DNA of 58,134 bases, the filler included, from Basidiobolus ranarum (Eukaryota): the NCBI GenBank assembly GCA_040143965.1. It is 8 parts of 8 records of this genome, joined end to end, with 100 filler letters (N's around TTAATTAATTAA, not from the genome) between each part and the next. Parts side by side here need not be neighbours in the genome. Positions count along the whole stretch, not along the records: positions 7,300 to 14,491 come from JASJQH010008040.1; positions 14,592 to 21,780 come from JASJQH010008041.1; positions 21,881 to 29,065 come from JASJQH010008042.1; 5 more parts are not named here. One strand, written 5' to 3'. The notes beneath the pieces are model-generated. The model was not told the DNA's origin and ran no database searches. It worked only from the letters and a program-made list of their open reading frames with translations. Of this stretch, positions 10,082-23,259 are shown piece after piece; positions within the stretch are counted from its first letter, which is position 1, and each line of letters starts with the position of its first letter. Both the position numbers and the translations under genes were made by a program.

Positions 10082-12560
10082 GGTATATATGTTTCCACAC
10101 AAGGGGTTGCCTAACTTCCAAGTGTTTGGGACCATTAATTATGAAAGGAAGAAGTTTATGTATTAGTTTAGTTTCGATTTTCTTTCGTTCAACTTCTAAT
10201 ATCTTTGAACTCCATTAACCATCACAATACATGCATATATACTTTCATGGAATAGTTGACACTATACCTATCATTATTTATTCTATTAAATTTCCATTTG
10301 ATCCCAAGGTAGTGTGGTAAGTTGTTCAGATGGAGAAAATTCCACGTATACACTTATATATAGAGATCACAAAGATCGAAAGATATTTTTATACTTTCTT
10401 GTCATGCTTTACAATACAATTACAACTTTTGTTGTCTCTATTGAGCTTTGGTGCATCTTCTATGTAGGAATAAACAATGCCTGGCAACTCATGTTCATAT
10501 ATCTATTAATGGAAAATATACAATGTATTACATATACCTTAAGTATAGTATATATAAAAGGACTTGAAGACATATAGATCACATTTTACAGCATCTTTTA
10601 CTATTTAAATAGCTACTCCATATGTTAGGGGTTTACTTTTATTGCTCCAAATGAATTGAATATTGCTTAAGGCCAACTTGGTCCTGTCAGGTTATATTAC
10701 TGGTATACAGTATATCCATCCTTTCAGCTAGAAGCCGCTCTAGTCAAAAATTGGCACCTTACAGTGCTAGCATTCACTGCAAATTTTGGAAAGATACTTC
10801 TACCTTGAACATAGTGATTAGATAATCTAACATCAGTATCATTTTGATTGTGTAAAACAAGTGAAAGCCTTGTTAATTATCTTATTTGTGAGTACATCTT
10901 GAGATATATCTAGAGTTTTGGCTAATAGCGAGATTTTAAGCATGACCTTGTTGTTAAATAGTATATTTTGAGATGACATTAGTTAGAAGCAACAATGACC
11001 GTCAGCAATGAAACTTAAGTCAAAATCTTGAGTAAAATTCAGAGAGAAAATCGAAAACGATTATTGTTTAGGGCTAATTCGTCATGCTATATGTCTTAGT
11101 TATTAGCACAGCAGCAACTCGATATACACTCTATTCTCAGCAATAGTGATATGAATGTATATATTTCTACGTACAATGTAGTCAGACTGCCTTTGGCATG
11201 ATACAAGAAAGAAGTGAACCAGTTTTATGTGATGGTACAAGTATTTGCCTCACCTAATGATTAATTCTTTGATCAAGGTCTATGAAGATATTCTTACTTG
11301 ATTCATTGAGTAACACTAACCCTATTATATTGGTCATAGTTCTGATTCTCTATACAGATATCTGCCTTTCGCACCTAGTTGCTTCTACGTGACCAAAATA
11401 TTATGGATCGATTCTGTGGGATATACTAATAGACTAAGAGAAATTCCTTCTCCGCAGTGAAAACCGTTCAGTAGTAGACTCTTTGTGTTTATGATGGTGA
11501 AATGTCTGATCACGGCAATTATGCTATACACACTAGATGATTTCTATTTCCAGGTGCTGGTTGCTAGGTGCATAGCATAACACTATCGGACAATATTTTA
11601 AGGACTGATGATTCTCTAAAAGAATTCCAAGAAATTAGAGTCTAGCAATGCTTTGATCCTCGTCATGGATCCATTTGGAGTCGTATCTAATAAGCCATAA
11701 CCTTGTTACGAACATCTATTATTATACCACAGCCATTTCTTGCTACATTACCAAAATCAATTGTGTTCTAGAACTCAAAACTTGAAAAATCCAATCTCCC
11801 GCATTTCCCCTTATTAAGGATACTCTAGAATCCCTCTCCTATAGCCAATAGCTGGCCGTGAGAAAATGATCGAGATTCTTGAAATTGACCAACCGGATTT
11901 TAATCATCATAAATGTAGATCCTTGATGGAGAAACTATATTTGGCTAAAGATACATCAAATCAGGGGCTATAGAGATTCGTAAGGAGTTGATAATTTTCG
12001 CGTTTCTTTAGACCCAAAATTTCTTAATCCATGCATCCAGATGGATTGTAAAAATCCTCTGATGATCAAAAAATTTCAACTCGAAAATTTTGGCAAAATC
12101 TGTCTGGAAGCTCGTAATAAGTATGTGTTAGTGGCGTAAATCGGTACTGGATTATCATTGCGAGCTCGTTGACATCAATTTAAATATAGAATCACTGGTG
12201 TTATTTTTGGTTGGCGGTGTTGTCATTGGTTACAGATTTGGCGGCAGAAACAGTTTTTTTGGTGTAACGGTCATCGCGAAGATTAGTGCTGGTAAAACCA
12301 AATGTTTCTAGGTGACATTGAAATCAGTTGTTATGGTGCTTTGAAATATAGAAGTTATCAACGGTTTATTATGTGATAGTGTAGAGTAATTGGATGTATA
12401 TGTTCAGTGTTGTAAGTCATGCAGGTTAATTTAAAGTAGTCGATGCCAAATTAGTTGTAGATTATGTACAGGTCTTCTATGTCTATGTATAGTGTAGAAG
12501 CAATAGTGTCAATGTATGTAAAGTTGAATGTACATGATATGCTATACTAATATAGACATC

Positions 12561-13631
12561 TTAGTTTTTGATCGGAAACACCATAGGGGATGATTCGATC
12601 TCAAAAATATTCTCGTAGGATGGAAGCTCGTTTTCAACCTGTTCAACGGTGCATGGATTGCCAGCGCTTGGTGAGAGGACAAGTGACATACGGTTTGAAG
12701 AGTAGGGTACATAAGGGGGAAGGACATCGAAGAATTCGTCGCTACTTTCGGCGGCGACAGTAAAAGGGAAACGGATATAACCGATCTCTTGCTTTCCATT
12801 GACATCAAAGTCAATTTTGAGTGCCATTTCGTGCTCGGTACGAATATAATCAGTATCACAAGCATGGAAGAAGATTCCTTGGGTTGGGATCTTAACGGGA
12901 AGGATCAATTGGTTTCCTTCAAGCTGTTCGGAGGCAATTTCGCGCCATTGTTTAACGGAACGGACTTTGTCTGTGTTAGGAGAGCCATAGCTGACCTTCT
13001 GTGTAAGGCGGCAGCTGACTCTAGTAACATGTATGTTATCCATGAAAGGGTTCAACTTGAATTTGATTGGGAATGTCTCGCCCATTCCATAAGCTTTCTT
13101 GGGAACAAAGACATGGCAAGCAGCATCACTGTTGAAGATACGCATCAAAGTGATAGGCTCAATATCTTCCACATTGTTTATGGAAGAGAATCGCTTGACG
13201 AGAACGTCTTTTTTGGCGATGATATTTCTGAGCAAGAATGAACGCTCCGCAACAGCTTTCAAAGTATAATAAATATGACCTTGGTCAGTGTGGACAGTCT
13301 CTGGGAGATCGCCATTGAATGGAAACTCAAATTCGTATTTGGTTTCGCCAGCGGGGAGTGTATGAAAATGCTCTTGAGGTTCCAAAATTGTAAGAGATGA
13401 ACTCAATACAGTTTTTTTGATGTGATATACGTCAGGCTTGGGGCCAGCGGCGGAAGACCATTTGACATCAACTTTTCCTCTCAATTTGAGGACAAGTGAT
13501 CTAAGTTTAACGGCCTCCTTCAAACGAAGGATGACACTACCTCTTAAAACTGCGCCAGCAGCTTCAGTTGAGGAGCCGTGCAAAACCAAGAATTTATCTT
13601 GCAGTGTGATTTCCAAAGGGCTATGTTTCAT
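12561..13631 (-). CDS. Alpha-arrestin (ART-type ubiquitin-ligase adaptor), ~356 aa
   Basis: LVLHGSSTEAAGAVLRGSVIL, arrestin-N core (HTLPAGETKYEFEFPFNGDLPET...GHIYYTLKA), arrestin-C domain and PY-like motifs LPPY/LPSY. Start moved to MKHSPL at 13631; the ORF is open further upstream to 13802. Confidence 0.88.
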   Translation of the reverse strand: MKHSPLEITLQDKFLVLHGSSTEAAGAVLRGSVILRLKEAVKLRSLVLKLRGKVDVKWSSAAGPKPDVYHIKKTVLSSSLTILEPQEHFHTLPAGETKYEFEFPFNGDLPETVHTDQGHIYYTLKAVAERSFLLRNIIAKKDVLVKRFSSINNVEDIEPITLMRIFNSDAACHVFVPKKAYGMGETFPIKFKLNPFMDNIHVTRVSCRLTQKVSYGSPNTDKVRSVKQWREIASEQLEGNQLILPVKIPTQGIFFHACDTDYIRTEHEMALKIDFDVNGKQEIGYIRFPFTVAAESSDEFFDVLPPYVPYSSNRMSLVLSPSAGNPCTVEQVENELPSYENIFEIESSPMVFPIKN

Positions 13632-14491
13632 TGTAATAATAGTATGATTGACTCTAGTAAGATGCGGCATTCCTCTAGCATACTGGAGGCTTATATACAT
13701 GCATATTCTCGAATAATATTCAGTAAATCCAGCACCACCTCCATATTTGGAAATTATCTGGCGGATGAACGTTTCCAGATGTTTCCCAATGAAGTCAATC
13801 ACTTCATAAATGATGCATAAGATGATTTCGATGATTTCAATTGTTGTATATTTGGAAGCTCAACATATACAGCATCCCCGATGAATGGGGGCCTCTTTAA
13901 AGTATGATTGACCCGAGAATTACATATGTGGATGCTCCAGTAGCTCACTCGTACTGAATATTGCGAATATACGGACCACTTGTAGTGGATGTTACAAATA
14001 CGTGAATACATAGATCGCTTGAGTACTTGCACTGGACATATTTATTAGGAGGATTACTTGAACTGACGCTATAGTGTTGTATTAGTCATAGAATGGGAGT
14101 ATTAAAACCATTACATCATAGTCGATGGTATTTGAATAGGTGGAACAATACAAACTGCATAGTACGAAAGAACTTCTCAACAGCTTCCACTAGTCAGTCT
14201 GGATTGAAAGCCTCGTAAAACTCCACCGAATGAAGCCATGCGGGGATGCCTTCTTCAAACTAGCGGCCACTACAATACCTATGCTAGTCAATATGGTTTC
14301 AGAAGTATTTTCCAAAACAGAAATAGCTGCAATTCAGTCTAGACATTGGTTCCAACAGTCAGGATCCAATATTTTCGCACGACGACGATTGTTTGGACGA
14401 TCCTTTATGGCAAATCCACCCCAATGACAGACGCCTTTCGGCCACCAATAAACTCGAGTTTCTAGGGTTTCCTGGTTAAGGTGGAGGGGCC

Positions 14492-14591
14492 NNNNNNNNN
14501 NNNNNNNNNNNNNNNNNNNNNNNNNNNNNNNNNNNTTAATTAATTAANNNNNNNNNNNNNNNNNNNNNNNNNNNNNNNNNNNNNNNNNNNN
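14492..14591. other. Artificial contig spacer
   Basis: 44N-TTAATTAATTAA-44N. Confidence 0.98.
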
Positions 14592-14592
14592 C

Positions 14593-14784
14593 TTTAATTC
14601 TACTTTTACTCCATACTCAGAGATACCAATGGATGGTTGTAGTGAGGATGAATACAGATGTGAGGTGGAAGGTGGCCCATTCTTCTTCCAATGCGTGGAT
14701 GAAACATTTGTGAAAAGGAACTGTGGGAAAGGTACTATGTGTCATCAAGTTGACTCGGAGATTGAGTGCATTTTCCCAGAGTAA
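14593..14784 (+). CDS. 3' fragment of a gene ending in a Cys-rich CBM19-like (chitin-binding) module
   Basis: Frame open from the contig edge: FNSTFTPYSEIPMDGCSEDEYRCEVEGGPFFFQCVDETFVKRNCGKGTMCHQVDSEIECIFPE*; 6 Cys including C..GT.C. Not in the ORF track. Confidence 0.6.
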   Translation, partial: FNSTFTPYSEIPMDGCSEDEYRCEVEGGPFFFQCVDETFVKRNCGKGTMCHQVDSEIECIFPE

Positions 14785-16548
14785 ATAATTTCCATGCACC
14801 TGATAATCTATTAGATCTAACTACTACCCACCTAGAAAATGTATATAAATTTTGAATATTTTAAACGTATGCTCTCATAAGTTAGACAAGTGCAAAGATA
14901 TGATGACTTTTGTGGGAATTTTTCAAGTGTTCTCTGTGCGTGATTAAGTTGTCAGCGCCGCCAACACTCTCTGGTATGTGAAAAGTCTTCAAATAATCTT
15001 CATTGGCTATTAGGAACATCTTTGAATATTTAGTTGGGCTTTATGTTAACTCTCCAAACTGCGAAGACAAGTAAACTTGGGAGTTGAATATTAGGAGCAG
15101 GTTGGATTATGTGTCTTTTCCAGAAAAAAGTGATCTTTCATCAAGATTTGTGATATTCTTCTGTAACAATCTGATATTTGATTTTGAGCTCGACATTTAC
15201 TTGAGAAAGAACAACGGAAGATGGCGTAAAGTAGAAACAATGCAGTTACAAATATTCCTAGATGTATTGCTTGGTTGTGCATGGTACAAGTCAATATTGG
15301 ATCCAGAGGACCATTGGCGGCTCTCAATCAGATATATCTGATTTCAGCAGATCTGGGTGATATCTCTTTAGTCATATCCACCCTACTGGATACATGTTTA
15401 TATAAACTCTAATTTATTATTCGACTGCATACAGCCATACAGCTAGCGTCACATTTACAAGAGATTATTTCTTTTTTAGTCAGCATCTAATGAATCATAC
15501 AATGTGCTACCAATGATTTCGAATGCTCGGTTCCCACTAGCTATCTGCAAATAGCTGGGACTATATATGCGTTCTAAAGACTATGCATATCAGTCGCGGG
15601 AAAGGAACTTGAAATTAACGGGTAGTGATTGTATGCTGTCTCATGAAGCAGGCAGGCGTAAAATGATAAGAAAAGTCACTTTATTGGCACGATAACGGCA
15701 TATATGGATGATGTAATATGGAATCCAACCCCAACTGTCTACGAGTTTTGTTAGTGGCCTTTGAGAATTTGAAGGCATTACCGTAAGCGTCAGATCACTC
15801 TTGAATTCTCAATTATATCGAAGTAACAATCAATCTCTAATTATAGCAACAAGAGATCTAAAGCCACACCTAGAAGCTGCTGCCTCGTAGATCCAATAGA
15901 TTGCTATCATCCTTCCACAAACATGCAATGATTGGCTGTGTCGCTATCACACGAGTATTCCTCACATAATTTCATTTCCTTTCTGGAGAGTGGCTGGAGA
16001 AAGCAGGGGTTTCAGATGGTGTGGCGATAGCCGTAAAGATGCGAATGAATTATTGTGCTTAATCGTCTGAATGCAATTCAAATCGCAGCGTTGTGGCTTG
16101 GTTTGCAGCTAAGCTGATACCTTTTACTTTATTAGGCAAGTTTGTACGACGTTCCTTGACAACATATGCCCCTGATATCTCGGTGTTCCTATCTTAATCT
16201 TTGAAGAGTTATCTCGAATCAAGCAGCAATATTGAGTTTGCCCAAATAATACCTGGGACGACTATCGACTGTACTCTCACCCAATGTACTTCTACATTTG
16301 TCTTCCTAAGTAAACTCCACACCCATTGCGATATGATCCGATATGGTGTCACCAATCTCATAACAATCCTATCAAACGATAGGCTCTCAAGCTCCTCATT
16401 TCTCGAATGCTGTTATCATCTAAATGATGATCCAGCATCCTAATCTTAATGAATTACTTTAAATAGGCGTGCCTGACTCTCATCTAATACACATTTGCTT
16501 TCTAGTCTCTTTGTATAGCTCTATCATCCATATCAACTTAATATACTA

Positions 16549-19500
16549 ATGTCTGCTAAGGCTGTTCGCGAATTTGATGGGAAGCACTTGCTTGCACACT
16601 GGCTTTTGAATTCTCCAGCTCTACCTGGAGCTTCACCAACAACCTCTGCTTTCGTCCCTCCAGCAACAAAATTGGCCCAGGTAAAGATTGACACCACAAA
16701 GATTACTGAAGACCCAGCTGCATTCAGTGCTCTTGTGGAAGCTACCCTCGACAATATTGAGGCCACTCAACCTTGGGTACTGACTGAAAAATTGGTTGCG
16801 AAACCTGATCAGCTTATCAAACGTCGTGGTAAGAGTGGTCTTCTATTGCTTAACGCCGATTGGACTGATGTCAGAAAGTGGATCGTCGAACATGCTGGTA
16901 AAGCAGTAAAGGTAAGTCTATAAGTTTCCCTCATTTAAAGTCATCACGGTTTACTGATTCATACATGCACTCGCAGGTTGACAGCGTTGAAGGTGTTCTT
17001 AAGGCTTTTCTTATTGAGCCCTTTATTCCTCACTCTCAAGACACCGAATATTACATTTGCATCCAATCCGTTCGTGAAGGTGATATCATTCTTTTCCATC
17101 ACGAAGGTGGTATTGACGTCGGAGATGTTGACTCCAAAGCGGTGAAATACACTGTCAAAGTAAATGCTGATTTTGCTTCTGCTGACCAGATCAAGGAATC
17201 ACTTCTTGTTAACGTTCCCAAAGAAAAGCAAGATGTTTTGGTTGATTTCATATCTCGTCTTTACTCCGTATATGTTGATCTTCATTTTACTTATCTTGAA
17301 ATCAATCCTCTTGTGGTTGTTGATAGCCAGGATGGCAAACCTCCTCAAGTTTATTATTTGGATCTCGCTGCAAAGCTTGATCAAACTGGTGAATACGAAG
17401 CTGGCTCTAAGTGGGCCATTGCTCGTAAGGGAACTGGCGAAAGTCAACAGCAAAGTATCGATCAAGGACCTCCCATGGAGTTCCCTGCTCCATTTGGTCG
17501 TGACCTAACTAAAGAAGAAGCTTACATTCAGGAGTTAGATGCCAAAACTGGCGCTAGTTTGAAATTAACTATTCTTAATAAGAATGGTCGTATTTGGACT
17601 ATGGTTGCTGGTGGTGGTGCCTCTGTAGTCTACAGTGATGCTATTGCTGCATTAGGATATGCCAGCGAACTTGCTAACTATGGAGAATATTCCGGTGCTC
17701 CTACCGAGACCCAAACTTATGAATATGCAAAGACTATCTTGGATTTGATGACACGCGGCGCTGAACCTCATCCTGAAGGGAAGGTCCTCATTATCGGTGG
17801 TGGTATTGCCAACTTCACCAACGTGGCTACCACTTTCAAAGGAATTATCCGTGCTCTCAACGAGTTCCAACAGAAACTAATCTTCCACAATGTAAAGATT
17901 TTCATCAGACGTGCTGGTCCCAATTATCAAGAAGGACTTCGCGCTATGCGTGAATTAGGCCAGACATTGGGAGTTGAAATTAAGGTTTTCGGTCCTGAAA
18001 CCCATGTTACTGCCATTGTTCCAATGGCATTGAAGGGCGTTGATCCTTCTGTAACCTCTACCAAGAGCACTTCCCCACCTTCTCCTAGTCAAGGAGCTTC
18101 GGCTCAATCTTCTGCCCTTCCTTCTCCTACTAAAGAAACTCCTAGCGAGGGCCAAGAAAACGTGTCGTATTTCTCTGAGACAAAGACTGAAGAGAAACCT
18201 TGGTACAGACCTTTCAGCAACACTACCCGCGCTATTATCTACGGTCTTCAAACTCGTGCTGTTCAAGGTATGCTCGATTTCGATTTCATCTGCGGTCGTA
18301 CCACCCCCTCAGTTGCTGCTATGGTGTATCCATTTGGTGGCAACCACAACCAAAAATTCTACTGGGGCACCAAGGAGACATTGGTCCCTGTATACAAATC
18401 TCTTGATGAAGCCATCCACAAGCATACTGATGTTGATACTATCGTCAACTTCGCCTCTAGCCGCTCTGTGTACTCCTCCACTATTGAGATAATGCAATAC
18501 TCTGAACAAATCAAATCTGTTGCTATCATTGCTGAAGGAGTCCCTGAGAGAAGAGCTCGTCAAATTTTGCATTTGGCTGAGAAGAGGGGAGTTTTAATTA
18601 TTGGTCCTGCCACTGTTGGTGGAATCAAGCCTGGCTGCTTCAAGATTGGAAACACTGGAGGTATGATGGATAACATTGTATCTTCTAAGCTTTATCGTCC
18701 TGGATCTGTTGCTTACGTATCCAAGTCGGGCGGTATGTCTAATGAATTGAATAATATCATCAGTCGTTCAACTGACGGTGTTTATGAGGGTGTTGCTATC
18801 GGTGGTGATCGTTATCCTGGATCTACCTTCATTGACCATTTGTTGAGATATGAAGCGGATCCAAGCTGTAAAATGCTTGTTCTGTTGGGTGAAGTTGGTG
18901 GTGTTGAAGAATACCAAGTTGCTGAGGCTGTTAAGTCTGGCAAAATCACCAAACCCGTTGTTGCCTGGTGTATTGGTACTTGTGCCAGCATGTTCCAAAC
19001 TGAAGTTCAATTCGGACATGCAGGTGCTTGCGCGAACTCGGATGGTGAAACCGCAGATGCTAAGAACAGAGGACTTCGTGCTGCCGGTGTCATTGTCCCA
19101 GATACTTTTGAAGAGTTGCCTTTGGTATTGAACCAAGCCTACCAGAAGCTGGTTAATGCTGGGGTTATTGTTCCCACACCTGAGCCTGAACCACCAAAGA
19201 TCCCCATTGATTATAACTGGGCTATGGAACTAGGATTAGTCCGTAAGCCTGCCTCATTTGTTTCTACTATCTGCGATGACCGTGGTCAAGAACTCCTCTA
19301 TGCTGGTATGAGAATTAGTGAAGTGTTTGAACAAAATGTAGGAATTGGTGGAGTTCTTAGTCTCTTGTGGTTCAAGCGCCGTCTTCCTGACTATGCTGCT
19401 AAATTCATTGAGATGGTACTCATGTTGACTGCTGATCACGGACCAGCAGTTTCTGGTGCTCATAATACTATTGTAACTGCCCGTGCTGGTAAAGACCTCG

Positions 19501-20081
19501 TCAGTTCATTAGTTTCTGGCCTGCTAACCATTGGTGATAGATTTGGTGGTGCGTTAGATGGAGCTGCTCAAACTTTCTCCAATGCTTATGATCAAAATAT
19601 GACTCCTCGCGAGTTTGTTGATACCATGCGCAAGCAGAACAAATTGATCTTGGGCATTGGTCACAAGATTAAGTCACGCAACAACCCCGATTTACGTGTT
19701 AGTATCATTACGGAATATGCTAAAAAGAATTTCCCTGCCACTCCTATCCTTGACTATGCTCTTGCTGTGGAGCAAATTACCACTTCTAAGAAAGACAACT
19801 TAATTTTGAATGTTGATGGTGCTATTGGTGTTCTATTCGTGGATCTTCTTCGTGATAGTGGCGCATTCTCTCGGGAAGAAGCTGATGAGTATGTTCGTAT
19901 TGGAACCTTGAACGGTCTCTTTGTCCTTGGTAGAAGCATCGGCTTCATCGGCCACTATATCGATCAAAAGCGTCTTAAGCAAGGCCTTTACAGACACCCC
20001 TGGGATGATATTTCTTATATTCTTCCCGAGCGTGAAGCGGCTCGCGCATTTGTTAGCGCAAACAAAGTATCCAAATCCTAA
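16549..20081 (+). CDS. ACL1: ATP-citrate lyase, single-chain (beta+alpha fused); exons 16549-16911 and 16977-20081, ~1155 aa
   Basis: [54 protein letters not shown], phospho-His motif QFGHAGA, citrate-synthase-like [13 protein letters not shown] and LYRHPWDDI; 65-nt GTAAGT...CAG intron in phase 0. Confidence 0.97.
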
Positions 20082-20924
20082 ATATCCACTTTAAAATAAC
20101 CACTACCCATTGATCTGTCACAGCTTAAGATTACGATCCCCCTAGCATTTATTTTCTACACACTCACATGCATACTGTTCACATCAATCATCACATGAAA
20201 TAACGTAGGTATGGGATTGTCATAATCTCAATTTACAAATAAATACAATTAATTGTTACGATTAATTGATCGAATTGTAATTGGTGTGCTATTTTTTTGG
20301 TCGATCATTATTAGTTTGAAGTTGCACTAATATCATCTTCGCATGAGGTATATGATGAAGCGTGCTTTCATTAATTTGATCAGCAAACGGTAGTTAAAAC
20401 CTTCTAAGTTGGCATAAGATTGATGTAATTCAGGGCAAAACGAGACAGTAATCTAGAGCAAGTTACCAGTTACCTTTAAAAACGGGGATTCCAGTCAAGC
20501 CACTGCTATAATGGTCAGTTACACATGGCTATATATAAATTTGGTAGTAACGTAAAAACAGTGCTCTAATAGGTTAGCGAATCTAAATCATCCACAAGCG
20601 CATTAAAAAGGTAAACCTGACTCATATATGCAGAACCACCTCTCAATTGTCAGTCGGCTCCGGAGTGTACATTTTAAGGGAAAACTTGGAGTAGTGAGGA
20701 AATGCCGAAGCCAATTCCCATACAATCAAATTCATCCACCACTTTCCAAATTAAGCTTACCTTGAAACTAATCCATGTTCACATAGGTCAATTATGGATT
20801 GTAAATGGGGGTCATTCGGAATGGGGTGTTGGGTTCCATTGACAGGTAGGTTGGACAGAACTTTGAGTCTCCACTTTATCTTGGCCAAGCTGCTATCATA
20901 TACTTGTAACGACAACAATACAAC

Positions 20925-21321
20925 ATGAAACCTACCTTCGTTAGACTAGCTGTAACAGTACCTCGTAGACATGTTCCATTGATTAAGTTTTTGGGACCTC
21001 GCAAGAACCTTAATCAAAATACTTTTGGTAAAGTAATCCCTCATAAGAACTTTTGAGTACAATCTAACATTAACTAACTTACATATATATATTGTAGCTA
21101 CTCAGAAAACTTCTATTCAGAATACACCTATCGCTCAAAAAGCATCAGAGAAAGCTACTGTCAGTTATAATGAGCTCCCTGCTCGTTTCAAGAGAATTCA
21201 GTTAACACCAGAAGAGATCGAAGCTGTGGAGGTACGTAAAGATTTTTTGTTCTTAGACTGTGAATTAGCTACTGACCTCAGTTTTTAATGATAGATGGGT
21301 GGTGCCGGTTTTACTTACTGA
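20925..21321 (+). CDS. KGD4: KGD4/YMR31 (MRPS36-family) alpha-ketoglutarate dehydrogenase adaptor, 87 aa; exons 20925-21027, 21098-21231, 21295-21321
   Basis: Spliced product MKPTFVRLAVTVPRRHVPLIKFLGPRKNLNQNTFATQKTSIQNTPIAQKASEKATVSYNELPARFKRIQLTPEEIEAVEMGGAGFTY. It has the family motifs H.PLIKF.G.R and LP.RF.R...EI.A...GGA, and canonical introns with CTAAC/CTGAC branch points. Confidence 0.9.
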
Positions 21322-21780
21322 AGTGCATGTCAAGGCAATTAATAGGCAGGTTGAAATAGCACTGTAATTTATCCTGATTTTCACACAACCGCATATACAC
21401 CAAACACTAAAATATATAAACTATGTAATCATTAACATTGTCATTATCATATTGTATTCTGTTGCGTATATACGCTCTGTGTGTGTTGAACATCAAATTG
21501 CCAATGCAATGAAGTCTGGTACTTGTCTTGTATATACCCAAGTATGAACATCGAAATATACAGCCACCTTGATTGATAAGAAATTCATAAATATCAAGGT
21601 TATGAATTCCTCTTTTTTATTGAGCATTATGTTTAACCAAATATGTCTAAATACATAAAAATTGCCATAAAAACTGACTATTTTTTGAGAATAGCCATAA
21701 TTAACGCGGCTATTACCAATGATTATTTGCCGATTATCATGCTTCTATTAGATCAATGGATCTACCGAGAGGATAAATTT

Positions 21781-21880
21781 NNNNNNNNNNNNNNNNNNNN
21801 NNNNNNNNNNNNNNNNNNNNNNNNTTAATTAATTAANNNNNNNNNNNNNNNNNNNNNNNNNNNNNNNNNNNNNNNNNNNN
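21781..21880. other. Artificial contig spacer
   Basis: 44N-TTAATTAATTAA-44N. Confidence 0.98.
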
Positions 21881-22020
21881 CCATCATGAAACTACCATCA
21901 CACCATCAAAATCCCTGGCAGAATGCAAGCCAACAATATTGTGATGGTTCTCTGATGGTTTTGCTATTTTGGAGGGTGGATCTGATCCAGATCAAATCAA
22001 TTTTATTTTTGTTAGGGGGT
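21881..22020 (-). repeat. Partial inverted copy of the unclassified ~600-bp repeat seen at 41295-41890 and 42355-42952
   Basis: CAAAATCCCTGGCAGAATGCAAGC...ATATTGTGATGGTTCTCTGATGGTTTTGCTATTT is the reverse complement of ~42355-42493. Confidence 0.75.
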
Positions 22021-23259
22021 TCATTGGAACAATTATGTATAATGGCTGGCTCATATGAGTATGGATCACTACATCCAGATATTGATATATCTACTTAGCT
22101 AATCCTTTGTTTGTAAGACCTATTGCTCCCAACTTCTTCCTCATTGTGAGTCTGATCAGCAGAGACATCATCACCAACAAGTGTTGGATTAAGCAATAAG
22201 TTGCTAGTCTGCATGCCATTCAAAATATCTAATAACATGGTTCTTGTATCTGAATGAAATCTAATGTCTATATAGCCTTCTAGCATGGTAATATAAAAAG
22301 GAAGTTTACTAAGGACTAAATAAAAAAAAGACTCTTTCCCTTCTGGTCACCTTTACAGAAAGCACAAAGCACAGCGTTACTCTTGCAAACACTTGATTTC
22401 TACTCACAAAACAAGCTTGTGGACATCTCCCCTCAATCTGTAGAGTGGAAGTATCAAACATCCAGTTCCTACATTTGCAAGCATTGGCTTGGTGTGTGAT
22501 TGTCGCATGACTGGAGCCAAGTATTTTGGCTTTATCGTCATTGGAGGTAGCTGCGAATCATTTACTACACTGATCTTGTCCGAACCTTACTCTAAAGCTA
22601 GCAAGTATATAGAAAGCGATAACTAGTAGAGTAATTTTATAGCGAGGTAGGAAGGTAAATGAGGTAGTAGCACATTAGATATATTTCGGTAAGAATTTGA
22701 TGAAAAACTGGAACTTGCACCTTTACTAACAAGTTAATAATGACTTCGGAAATGCGCCACCTAAAATGAGCAACATCTTCATCTAGGGCCTCAGACATAA
22801 TACTTGGCTCAAGGTTGGTAGATGGCCGACTCTACATGGTCATCACTCATGACGAATCCTTATTAAAAAAAACCTATCTATTGGCTGCTGTCGGTCGCAC
22901 CAGATATTCCATTAAATATTTTTGTAATTGACAGGTCTTTAGTATGTTCCAGCGATACGAGACTATTCTGTGTAGCAACATGTGTGCTTCTATATAGAGC
23001 TAAGCCATCAATCTCTATTGTCTATCGGTATTTGGCACCTCGAAAAAGTGATCAGAGCACTACTACTATGTAGCAGGCTTAATAACCGGTTTTAGTTTAG
23101 GGAGTACTCCCAAGAAAGGAGTAAACGTTCAATATGGCGCAGCTTGTTGCAACACGATAATGGTCCTAAATCATGTATATAAGAAGCCTGGCTGATGGAA
23201 TAGTTTTAGCAAGAATCCTAACCCACTTTCGAAAGCTGAAATAGTATTCACATCTCAAG

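Noticed and set aside
10700-12400. Coding-looking intergenic DNA (also 14850-15350 and 26500-27650)
   Set aside because: No frame with a recognisable motif; cannot be supported without a homology search.
13632-13802. 57-aa N-terminal extension of the arrestin ORF
   Set aside because: No arrestin-like character; family similarity begins after the ATG at 13631.
17164-19948. Many short overlapping or antisense ORFs inside ACL (likewise inside PTR2, the DAOs and FKS)
   Set aside because: Shadow frames of long, codon-biased genes.
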